Shown here: piece by piece, positions 1 to 8,785 of the stretch
Numbering within the stretch: the stretch's first letter is position 1
Layout: every line of letters starts with the position of its first letter
NCBI GenBank assembly: GCA_963675745.2
Contig: CAXXWX010000015.1
Coordinates: 384,001-448,000, forward strand
Source: Phycisphaerae bacterium
GTDB lineage: Bacteria > Planctomycetota > Phycisphaerae > UBA1845 > Fen-1342
Direction of reading: 5' to 3'
DNA length: 64,000 nucleotides
Notes under the pieces: generated by a model
The model's input: the letters and a program-made list of their open reading frames with translations, nothing else
The model's database searches: none
What the model was told of the DNA's origin: nothing
Translations under genes and position numbers: made by a program

Positions 1-1015
1 GTCCGACGTTCTGGATCAATCCGAGATTGATGCGCTGCTGGCCGCGGTCGACCATGACAAAGACCAGTCGCAGGCGGGGGAACAACGCGCCACCCAGGCC
101 GGCTCCTCCGAGCCCCCCTCAAAGCCGGTGGGCGGGTACGACTTCAAACGACCGGAGCGCGTGAGTAAAGACCACATCCGCGCGCTGGCCGCGATTCACG
201 ACGGTTTTGCCCGCAACTTCGGAGCCACCTTATCCGGCTTCCTGCGCACGATCATCGATGTCCGCGTGGTGGACGTTGAGCAACTGACCTACAGCGAGTT
301 TGTACACTCGCTTCCCAACTCCACCTGCTTCGTCATCCTCGAGGCCCCGCCACTTGAGGGCCAGATGTGCCTCGAGATCAGCCCACTGATCGTCTATCCG
401 ATCGTCGACCGGCTGCTGGGGGGAAACAGTGGCGAGGTTTACCTCCCCCAGCGCCCCCTGACGTCAATCGAGTGGCGCCTGGTGGGACGCATCGTCGAGC
501 GCGCACTGGAGCACCTCTCCGAGGCATGGAAGAACCTCGTCGATGCGCGGTTCGTCATGACGCAGACCGAGAGCAACCCGCAACTCGTACACATCGTCGC
601 GCCGACCGAGGTTGTCGTATTCATCACGTATGAGATCAAGATGGGCGACTGCGCGGGCACGATGAGCATGTGCGTCCCATTCAACGTGATTGAATCGATG
701 CTCAGCAAGCTGACCACGCAATCCTGGTTTGGCTATCGTCCCAAGGAAGCCACGCCGGAACAGCAGCAGCGCCTGTTGCGCAATCTTTCGAAGACGACCG
801 TGGACATGGCCTGTTTCCTTGGCGCCACGCGCATAAGCCTCAACGACCTGAGCGCGATGCGGCCGGGCGACATAATCCAGCTCGAAAAGCGAACCAGCGA
901 AGATCTGATTCTCCAGATCAAGGGACACACCAAGTTCGCCGGTCGTATCGGCGGCTATCGCGGCCGGCGCGCGTTGCGGCTGACGCGCCGCGCGGAATAC
1001 GACGAAATCCTGTAG
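1..1015 (+). CDS. fliM: Flagellar motor switch protein FliM (start codon apparently cut by window edge)
   Basis: Frame from nt 2 reads SDVLDQSEIDALL (CheY-binding N-terminus), then YDFKRPERVSKD, EQLTYSEF, ESNPQL and a C-terminal SpoA-like domain; in frame with ORF 128..1015. Confidence 0.95.
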   Translation, partial: SDVLDQSEIDALLAAVDHDKDQSQAGEQRATQAGSSEPPSKPVGGYDFKRPERVSKDHIRALAAIHDGFARNFGATLSGFLRTIIDVRVVDVEQLTYSEFVHSLPNSTCFVILEAPPLEGQMCLEISPLIVYPIVDRLLGGNSGEVYLPQRPLTSIEWRLVGRIVERALEHLSEAWKNLVDARFVMTQTESNPQLVHIVAPTEVVVFITYEIKMGDCAGTMSMCVPFNVIESMLSKLTTQSWFGYRPKEATPEQQQRLLRNLSKTTVDMACFLGATRISLNDLSAMRPGDIIQLEKRTSEDLILQIKGHTKFAGRIGGYRGRRALRLTRRAEYDEIL

Positions 1016-1182
1016 CGATCACTGTTGATTCCCGGATGGGAGGTTCTCAGGAAGGGGCCGGGGCAGCACTGCGCTCGAACAGCGTAGTTCTGACGCGGAC
1101 CTCACGGCTCATAGAGCCGTGGCACACACGTGTCACACCGCGAAGTGACGAACGCGCTATTGAAGTCGATGCCGCTGCCCGT

Positions 1183-2697
1183 TCAACGCGCCTGTGTCTG
1201 GCGCGCGGCGGCGTCGTACGCTTCGCCGATCAGCCGCCAGGCTGTTTCGATGTGCTCGCGACGCGTGCGCAGATTCCCGACAGTGAGGCGCATCACCAAA
1301 CGCCCGTGGAGGCGTGTGTGCGACAGGAAAACCGGGCCGGCTTCATTGACCTGCGCCAGGATCTGCTCGTTGAGCGCGTCCAACCGGTCGGGCGGAAGGT
1401 CGGCGCGGGCGCGAAAGCAGACCGTGCTGAACGGAACCGGGGCGCATAGCTCAAACCGCGCGTCGGCCTCCACCCATGATTGGAACTCGCGGGCCAGCGC
1501 GCAGTGCAGTCGTATCCGTTGACGTATTCCATCGAGCCCGAACGCGCGCATGACCATCCACAGCTTCAACGCGCGAAAACGCCGCCCGAGCTGCACGCCG
1601 TAGTCCATCAGATTTGTGACGCCCTGTTCGGTTGTGGTCAGATAGTCGGGCACTATTGAGAACGCCTCGCGCAGATGCCGCGGATCGCGCACGAAAAGCA
1701 CGGAGCAGTCGACCGGCACGAACATCCACTTGTGCGGGTTCGTAACCAGCGAGTCCGCCATGGCCAATCCCGGCATCAGCTCACGCAGCTCGGGCACGAG
1801 TGTGGCGGTACCGGCGTAGGCCGCGTCGACGTGCAGCCAGAGTTTCTCGCGGCTTGCGATCGCTGCGATCTCCGGAACCGGGTCCACACTGGTGGTCGAG
1901 GTTGTGCCGACTGTCGCAACGACTGCAAGCGGATGATGCCCGGCACGCCGGTCGGCCTGCACGGCATCCGCCAGGGCGGCGGGGCGCATGCGAAACTCGG
2001 CATCGCTCTCTATCTTGCGCAGGTTGTCCAGCCCCAACCCCAGCGCGACACAGGCCTTGTCGATCGAAGAGTGTGCGTGCTCACTGGCGTAAACAGTCAG
2101 ACGCGGCAACTCGGGCCGCCCGCCCATGCCGCTACGGCGGATGTCGTATTCCGCGAGCCGATGGCGCGCCGCGGCGACCGCCAGCAGCGAAGCGATCGAG
2201 GCTGTGTCGTTGATGTGCCCGACAAACTCGGCGGGCAGCCCCATCGCCTGACGCAGCCAGTCGCAGACATGCTCCTCGAGTTCGGTCGCGGCCGGCCCCG
2301 TACGCCAGAGCATGGCGTTGACGTTCAGCGCGCTGGCCAGCGTCTCGGCGATGATGCCGGGGCCTGATCCAGTAATGGCGAAATACGCCAGAAACCCGGG
2401 GTGGTTCCAGTGCGTGGTGGTGGGCTCGATGATACGGCTGTAGTCGCTGAGAATACGATCGAGCGAGGCGGGCTCTGCCGGGGGAGCATCGTCGAGCTGC
2501 CCGCGAATATCACCCGGCACGACCTTGGGCATAACCGGATAGTTGCCCACTCCCTCCAGGTAATCCGCGACCATATCCGCCGCCCGGTGCATCGCCGCGC
2601 GAAATTCCTCCGCGGGGATGTCGCCGGGCGTGGCGCTATCGGCGTCATTCGCGGCCGCGGACGGCGGCGGTGTGGGTGATTGCTCGTGCTGTGTCAT
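1183..2697 (-). CDS. PLP-dependent group II decarboxylase (aromatic L-amino acid decarboxylase family)
   Basis: THWNHPGFLAYF, PAATELE, HSSIDKA, WLHVDAAYAG, NPHKW (PLP lysine), LGRRFRALKLW; start placed at ATG 2697 (MTQHEQ). Confidence 0.9.
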   Translation of the reverse strand: MTQHEQSPTPPPSAAANDADSATPGDIPAEEFRAAMHRAADMVADYLEGVGNYPVMPKVVPGDIRGQLDDAPPAEPASLDRILSDYSRIIEPTTTHWNHPGFLAYFAITGSGPGIIAETLASALNVNAMLWRTGPAATELEEHVCDWLRQAMGLPAEFVGHINDTASIASLLAVAAARHRLAEYDIRRSGMGGRPELPRLTVYASEHAHSSIDKACVALGLGLDNLRKIESDAEFRMRPAALADAVQADRRAGHHPLAVVATVGTTSTTSVDPVPEIAAIASREKLWLHVDAAYAGTATLVPELRELMPGLAMADSLVTNPHKWMFVPVDCSVLFVRDPRHLREAFSIVPDYLTTTEQGVTNLMDYGVQLGRRFRALKLWMVMRAFGLDGIRQRIRLHCALAREFQSWVEADARFELCAPVPFSTVCFRARADLPPDRLDALNEQILAQVNEAGPVFLSHTRLHGRLVMRLTVGNLRTRREHIETAWRLIGEAYDAAARQTQAR

Positions 2698-2963
2698 TGA
2701 ACCAGTGTCCTTCCGGCAAGTACCGCGCACCGCTGTCAGCCCAGCGCGGGAGTATTGGCAACGCTCACGAATGTAACGGCCGGCGCCCCGCCGGCCGCCG
2801 ATCACCAGCCGCGCCACTCCGCACCAACGGCCCGCGCAACGCTCAATCCACGGCCGACTCAGGAATCGCCCGCCACTCGATTGTCGCGCCGGACTACGCC
2901 GCCGCATCAGGAATATAGCCGGTTCACGCACCCGGCAACAGCGACGTGAACTGCGCCAACATC

Positions 2964-2998
2964 AGCGAACGCGCCGCACCGTCAGGCATGTGCCGGCA
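2964..2998. repeat. 35-bp direct repeat, left copy (duplicate of DnaJ-domain gene 3' end)
   Basis: agcgaacgcgccgcaccgtcaggcatgtgccggca, identical to 4139..4173. Confidence 0.9.
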
Positions 2999-3235
2999 TG
3001 GGATTCGAGCGTGTCAGTGCTGACGGGAGCCGACGAGCCGCGATTGCTGTGGGTGGACACGCGCACGCGCTATGTGATAGGGTACACGCGTGAAGATCGC
3101 GGTAGGGTCGCAACAAGACCGGCCGCAACATGTGGGGTCGCCACGACCAATAGATGTCCAGCGAGACGCCAAACGCGACGATCCCGGGCGTACGAACGAA
3201 CTCGCTACAGGCAGTCGTTGACCGGGAGGAGACAA

Positions 3236-3460
3236 ATGAGCTGCGATGGTTGGGATGTGGGTGACAAATGCCAAGCGGCGCGTGTAGTCGCCGTAGAGGG
3301 GACAGGGGGACGCACGATCGAGATCGCCGCCGGAACGTACGGCGTGGTCCGTGAAGTCAATCACGCGGCGCATCGAATCGTCGTTGAGTGGACTCCAAGC
3401 CGGGTGCAGGTGCCTTTCTCGCACTCGCAGATACACGATTACCTCCGTCGTATCACGTAG
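3236..3460 (+). CDS. Small hypothetical protein (74 aa), possibly an SH3-like beta-barrel
   Basis: Strong RBS GGGAGGAG before ATG 3236; pattern VGDKC...AGTYGVVREV...IVVEW. Confidence 0.6.
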   Translation: MSCDGWDVGDKCQAARVVAVEGTGGRTIEIAAGTYGVVREVNHAAHRIVVEWTPSRVQVPFSHSQIHDYLRRIT

Positions 3461-3475
3461 GTGTAACGCGCAGCG

Positions 3476-3973
3476 ATGAAACGGCTACGGGAAGCTCTGC
3501 AAATGCCTTGGCACCAGCTTCGCGCCGTCGGAAACTTGAAAGTCCTGAAGGCATCATATGTCGTCTGGGCGATTGTACCGTTTGTTTCCCAGCAGCGGTG
3601 GCTCGTTGCTGCAATGGGCCTAAGTACTTGGCAGCTTGCCGAAGTGTACTTTGCCACCGTTTTCCTCGCCGTCGCAAACCTCATTTACGACCTCATGTGC
3701 CCACCCATTGTCAAGCGGTTCGCGAGCCCAAACGACCTGTACTCAAAGATGTTGGAGATGAGAGAGCTATCGGTACGCCTGTATCCTGAGGACCAGTTTG
3801 AAGCATCCCTTTCGCACTGCAGGGCCGCGTATCTAAGAAAGACGGACGCGAATCCGCTGTCGCGCTGCGTGTGTTCGATCCTCTTCCTGGCTGCTGCTGG
3901 GTTGTTTGCCGTGATTCTGCTGCATCGGTCGTTCGTCGTTTTGGGGGCGCTGTTCGCGCAGGGTGCCGCATAA
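3476..3973 (+). CDS. Hypothetical membrane protein (about 3 TM segments)
   Basis: 165-aa ORF 15 bp after the previous gene; hydrophobic segments ASYVVWAIVPFV, VYFATVFLAVANLIY, ILFLAAAGLFAVILL. Confidence 0.65.
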   Translation: MKRLREALQMPWHQLRAVGNLKVLKASYVVWAIVPFVSQQRWLVAAMGLSTWQLAEVYFATVFLAVANLIYDLMCPPIVKRFASPNDLYSKMLEMRELSVRLYPEDQFEASLSHCRAAYLRKTDANPLSRCVCSILFLAAAGLFAVILLHRSFVVLGALFAQGAA

Positions 3974-4136
3974 TCCGCCCCGGGCGAATTCCCGTCCGGA
4001 TGGGCCCGGCGCGACGGACCACGCGACGATCTCGCGGGCGTGCCGGTCGGCGGCGCGCTTTGCTTGTGATCCCGTGCGGTTTGGTCACGGCCGTCGCAAC
4101 ACGGCGCGCCAAACCTCCGTGGCATCGGCAGCAGGC

Positions 4137-4646
4137 TTAGCGAACGCGCCGCACCGTCAGGCATGTGCCGGCAAGTGTCAGCATTCCGGTGGCGATGGCG
4201 CCGAGGCTTAGGAGTGCGTAGTCGAGGTCGTGGGTCGTTGCGTAATTCACCGCCAGCGCAACCCCCAGAACATAGAGCACCAGCACCGCGACGTGCTTGA
4301 CGGTCTCCACGGCGTACGGCGGCAGAAACCGGCTGAGGCGCGTAAGGCCGAGCAGGCAGTCGGCGCAGCCGGGGCGGCCATCGAGACCGTCCAGCAATTC
4401 ATCATAATTACCGCAGCGCGGGCAACGACGCCGTGCCGATCCGTCGCCGAGAAGGCCCAATTCGTGCTGCAACACACGATAAGCCTTCACGACGCGCGCG
4501 AAACGCCGACCGGACTCGGGGGATCGGTTCAGATCGGGGTGGTGTTGTTTGGCCAGTCTGCGGAAGGCCATGCGCACTTCCGCCGGGCCCGCCGATCGCG
4601 GCAATTGCAGGACACGAAACGACTCGTCTGATGAGAAGCCGCGCAT
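4137..4646 (-). CDS. DnaJ (J)-domain protein with Cys pairs and two C-terminal TM helices
   Basis: AFRRLAKQHHPDLN (HPD motif), CPRC...CADC, two hydrophobic segments. Confidence 0.85.
   Translation of the reverse strand: MRGFSSDESFRVLQLPRSAGPAEVRMAFRRLAKQHHPDLNRSPESGRRFARVVKAYRVLQHELGLLGDGSARRRCPRCGNYDELLDGLDGRPGCADCLLGLTRLSRFLPPYAVETVKHVAVLVLYVLGVALAVNYATTHDLDYALLSLGAIATGMLTLAGTCLTVRRVR
4139..4173. repeat. 35-bp direct repeat, right copy (within DnaJ-domain gene 3' end)
   Basis: Identical to 2964..2998. Confidence 0.9.
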
Positions 4647-4869
4647 TGTGCTTCAGTCCCGAACGAAGGCGGTGGCCGTCAATCGACGGCACGTCATTCT
4701 AATGATACGTCGAGCGGCGAGATTCGGGCAGACGATTTTTCGGACCCGCGGCCGATAAGTTGTACAGATGCCGGTTCACGCAGTGATTGTCAGGCGCACC
4801 GTCCGCGCCCTTGCGCTCAAACCCGCGTGCGGCGGGCCCGTGGCACAATCGGCGGATGGCAGGCATGCC

Positions 4870-5051
4870 GTCCCGCAGGGACCCAATGAACATAGCCCAG
4901 CACGCAGTGCTGGGGCAATTGTGGACACGCGAAAACCGAGTCCCGGAGGGACGGCTGAGCTTTCAGTCGTCCCTGCGGGACTTGGCAGCCAGGTACGCGA
5001 TCCCAACCCAGCACTGCGTGCTGGGCTATATTCAGATGCCCCTACGGGGCA
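4870..5051. repeat. Composite palindromic REPIN-like element (A-B-C-C'-B'-A')
   Basis: gtcccgcagggac / tagcccagcacgcagtgctggg / gtcccggagggacggctga mirrored by tcagtcgtccctgcgggac / cccagcactgcgtgctgggcta / gcccctacggggc. Confidence 0.8.
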
Positions 5052-5222
5052 CATGACTCGGAAACCACGGGCGCGGAATTCCCGCCGCAAGTGTCACGAA
5101 CCCGCGTGCGGCTGATGGTATGGCCGCGCGTTGCCGCGGTCACGCGTGTCACGTAGGATGAGTCAGGGCGGCCGGTGCCGCCGGCCACGCAGCGCCAGCG
5201 CGAATGTGAGGAAGAAGATCTG

Positions 5223-6611
5223 ATGTCGCCGATCGCGCGGAGTCTTGTCGCCGGGATGATCATCCTGGGCCTGACCGTTTGCGGTTGCGAGCGGGCGACG
5301 CCGGCAGACACGTCGGCGCGGCGTCCGAACGTGCTGCTGATCGTGATCGACACCTTGCGCGCCGATCGACTGGGCTGTTATGGCAGCGAATTGGGGGCGA
5401 CTCCGCGGATCGATGCACTGGCGGCGGAAGGCCATCGGTTTGAGCGAGCCTATGCGCATGCCCCGTGGACGCTCCCGTCATTTGCCTCGCTATTCACGTC
5501 CCAGGCACCGCCGCGCCATGGTGCCGGCGGGCAATTGCGGCAATTTCTTCCGCTCCAGGCGAGCGCGCGCACCGTGGCCGAGGTGTTCCGCGACGCCGGC
5601 TTTGCCACCAGCGCGATCATCAACGTGGATTTCATCGCCGAACGCTTCGGCATGATGCAGGGCTTTGATCACGTGGATTTCGTGTCGCACGCCAGTAATG
5701 AGAATGAGCGCACGGCGGAAGGCACGACTTCAGCCGCGGCGGCGCTGCTGGCCAGCAAGAGCGACCGCCCGTTTTTCCTGCTGGTTCACTACTTTGACCC
5801 ACACCTGATCTACGACCCGCCACCCGAATACCGCGCCAGGTACGGCGGCCCGCTGGACCGTGACAACCGCGACTGGCAGTTCGGCCAGACCGCGGATGTG
5901 ATCGCGTACCGTCACGGGAAGTTCGCGATAAGCGAGGAGACCATTCGCCGGGCGGAACTGCTGTATAACGGAGAGGTTGCTTACACGGATGCGCAGGTGG
6001 GGCGGCTGCTTGATGAGCTCATGCGTTTGGGCCTGGCCGACTCGACTATTGTCGTACTGACCGCCGATCACGGCGAGGAATTCCTCGACCACGGCGGCTT
6101 TGAGCACGGGCACACGCTGTACAACGAGTTGCTGCACGTACCGCTGATCATCCGCTATCCGCGTTGGGTGGCTACGGGCGTGAGCGAGTCAATGGTGGGC
6201 CTGATCGACGTGGCGCCGACGCTGTGTGACCTGGCGGGACTCGATGCCGACCCGGCATTTGCCGGCCATAGTCTGGCGGGGCTGATGGAGGGGGCGCCCT
6301 GGGCCCAGCACCCCATCTATCTATCGGGGAACTTCTGGGGCAAGCCGTTTCACGGCTGGATCAACGAGGAACACAAGTTGATCGCAAGTCCAAACGAGGT
6401 AATGCTCTTCAACTTGGCCGCGGACCCGCGCGAGCGGCAAAATCTCACAAACGCCAAACCCGGCCTGGCGCGCCGCATGGCCACGGATATGCAACTGGCC
6501 TTCAAGGCGATGCGCGCCACGGCGCCGGGCCGGGCTCAGCCGCTACAACTCAGCGATGCCGAGCGAAAGCGGCTCGAATCGCTTGGGTATCTGCGCTCGG
6601 AAGAGCCGTGA
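5223..6611 (+). CDS. Sulfatase-like hydrolase/transferase, putative lipoprotein
   Basis: PNVLLIVIDTLRAD, APWTLPSFAS, HYFDPH, ADHGEEF, HGHTLYNE; signal-like N-terminus ending LTVCGC. Confidence 0.88.
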   Translation: MSPIARSLVAGMIILGLTVCGCERATPADTSARRPNVLLIVIDTLRADRLGCYGSELGATPRIDALAAEGHRFERAYAHAPWTLPSFASLFTSQAPPRHGAGGQLRQFLPLQASARTVAEVFRDAGFATSAIINVDFIAERFGMMQGFDHVDFVSHASNENERTAEGTTSAAAALLASKSDRPFFLLVHYFDPHLIYDPPPEYRARYGGPLDRDNRDWQFGQTADVIAYRHGKFAISEETIRRAELLYNGEVAYTDAQVGRLLDELMRLGLADSTIVVLTADHGEEFLDHGGFEHGHTLYNELLHVPLIIRYPRWVATGVSESMVGLIDVAPTLCDLAGLDADPAFAGHSLAGLMEGAPWAQHPIYLSGNFWGKPFHGWINEEHKLIASPNEVMLFNLAADPRERQNLTNAKPGLARRMATDMQLAFKAMRATAPGRAQPLQLSDAERKRLESLGYLRSEEP

Positions 6612-6718
6612 CGGCCACGCCCGTGCCACGATAGCACGAATTCTCGTGCCACGCGCTTCACTTAAACGGCGAGTTCAGCGGATTGCAATCCTGCTCCCAC
6701 GGCGCGGGCGCCGAGTCG

Positions 6719-8704
6719 CTATGGCCGGCGGGCCTGATCGACAAGTTGGAGCGCCGCGCGCGGCTGGGGGAAGGTAGGATCGAGCTCGAGCGCCCGGTTG
6801 AATGAAGCCTCGGCTTCATCCAGGCGGTTCTGGGCCAGGCGCATCAGGCCGACAGCAAGGTGGAGACTTGCGTCGCGCGGCGCGAGCTCAAGTCCGCGAT
6901 CAAGGTGCTTTTGCGCCTCGTCGTAGCGCCCGAGCGCCGCCAGCGCGACCGCGATCTCCTGCATCGTGCCGGTGTCAGTCGGAAGCAGGTCGAGTGCGAT
7001 CGTATATTGATCCACGGCCGGCTCAAGCATCCGCGCCCCGGTCAGGATGCGCCCGTATGATCTTCGCACATAATAGTCACTGGGGGCCAGTTCAACGGCT
7101 TGCTCGATGATTACGAGCGCGTCCTCCACGCGGCCCTGCTCCTGCAAGGCATCGGCCAAGTCGGATCGCAGCTTGGCGACCTCCGGGAAAACCTCGATCA
7201 ACTCACGGTACAACACTTCGGCCTTGTCAAACGCGCGGAGCCCCATATACCACGAGGCCTGTGAGCGTTTGTGAATGTAGTCGACGAAATCACGCGGGTT
7301 GCGACCCTCCGGCTCAAAACGTTCGAGTTCGCTGCGGCTGTCTTCCGCGGACTGTGATCCGAGATACCCCAGTGACTCCAGCCGGGCGCGGTCCGCCGCG
7401 CCGAGCGTCACAGCGCTGACCTGCGGATCTTCCGCAACCGGCGGCGGAGCCTCAGCAATCACCTGCCGCAGGCGCTGTCGCAGCGACGCCACCAACTCCG
7501 GCCTTTCATCGGCGAGGTTGTGGTTCTCACCCGGATCGCTTGACAGTGCATAGAGCTCCGGCCTGGGGGCGTGAATGTACTTGTAGCCATCGGCCGCCAG
7601 GCTGCGCAGGTGTGAGAGCTTGAGCTCGATCTGGTTTTCAAACGTATCGGCATACGCCGTGAGCCCGAGGTCCTGCTCCTCGTCGGTGATCAGCGGGTAC
7701 AGGCTCATGCCCTGCACGTCATCCCACGCAGGCAAACCGAGCAACTCCAGCACGGTCGGGGCAATATCAATGGTGCGCACCTGCGCGGCGATCGACCGGC
7801 CCGCGGGGACGCGGCTCGGACAGTTGAAGATGAGTGGGACGTGCAGCACGGTCTCGTAAACGAAGTTGCCGTGCCGCAACTCACGATGATCGCCAAGTCC
7901 TTCGCCATGATCGGCAACCACGACTATAAGCGTCCGATCAACGACACCCATGGATTCGAGCTGGGCGATCAGCAGGCCGATCTGCTTGTCCACGTACTCG
8001 ATCTCATCCTGGTAAGCTTCCCTCGAATCGGTATCCGCGGAGTACGCTGACTCGTAGGGATGATGTGGGTCGTAGAAATGCGCCCACAGGAAGAAAGGTC
8101 GGTCGGCTACTCCGCGGAGTTGTTCGAGGACATCTTCGCGGATGTCATCACCGCGCCGTTCGGCCTTGAACGGGTTATCCGATCCGTTGGCCACAACGTC
8201 GTGGTAGACATCGAATCCCTGGCCAACTCCGAATTGCTTATTCAGCACAAACGACGCCACGGCCGCACCGGTCTGGTAGCCGGCTTCGCCAAGCGTTTCC
8301 GCCAGTGTTTGAGCGGTCTCCGCCAGACGCGTTGTGCCATTGCGGCGCGCGCCATGCACGAACGGATAAAGCCCGGTCATGATGCTGGCATGTGACGGAA
8401 GCGTGATACCGGCGCAGCTCGAGCAGCGCGTGAACAGCACGCCGTCGCGCGCGAGTTTGTCAATATTCGGCGTGTCAGCCGATTCGCGACCAAAGCACCC
8501 GAGGTAGTCGGCGCGTGTCGTGTCCAATGTGATCAGAAACAGATTCAGCCGCTCCGCGCCGTTGACGGAGTGCGGCCGGCGTCGCATGACGCCCTGTGCG
8601 GCCCAGAGGCCGGCAACGACGACGGCGACCACGACAATCCACACAAGATAGCGGTGGTCGCGCCTTGGTTTCCGGACCGCGTCGTTCTCGTGCGCTGCGC
8701 CCAT
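6719..8704 (-). CDS. Membrane-anchored sulfatase-like protein with C-terminal TPR repeats
   Basis: N-terminal TM, LITLDTTRAD, ITLPSHASIMTG, HFYDPH, ADHGEGLGDH, TPR-like helices (RGLELAP, RALELDP). Confidence 0.88.
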   Translation of the reverse strand: MGAAHENDAVRKPRRDHRYLVWIVVVAVVVAGLWAAQGVMRRRPHSVNGAERLNLFLITLDTTRADYLGCFGRESADTPNIDKLARDGVLFTRCSSCAGITLPSHASIMTGLYPFVHGARRNGTTRLAETAQTLAETLGEAGYQTGAAVASFVLNKQFGVGQGFDVYHDVVANGSDNPFKAERRGDDIREDVLEQLRGVADRPFFLWAHFYDPHHPYESAYSADTDSREAYQDEIEYVDKQIGLLIAQLESMGVVDRTLIVVVADHGEGLGDHRELRHGNFVYETVLHVPLIFNCPSRVPAGRSIAAQVRTIDIAPTVLELLGLPAWDDVQGMSLYPLITDEEQDLGLTAYADTFENQIELKLSHLRSLAADGYKYIHAPRPELYALSSDPGENHNLADERPELVASLRQRLRQVIAEAPPPVAEDPQVSAVTLGAADRARLESLGYLGSQSAEDSRSELERFEPEGRNPRDFVDYIHKRSQASWYMGLRAFDKAEVLYRELIEVFPEVAKLRSDLADALQEQGRVEDALVIIEQAVELAPSDYYVRRSYGRILTGARMLEPAVDQYTIALDLLPTDTGTMQEIAVALAALGRYDEAQKHLDRGLELAPRDASLHLAVGLMRLAQNRLDEAEASFNRALELDPTFPQPRAALQLVDQARRP

Positions 8705-8785
8705 CAGAGGCGTCCTCCAACCCGGTTACGGTCGCACCGGTCGCTCGTGCAGCCCCGCGTTCACGAACCGACCACTCGGAACCGA

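Noticed and set aside
2698..2931. N-terminal extension of the decarboxylase ORF
   Set aside because: Arg-rich, non-homologous-looking sequence that runs through a REP palindrome
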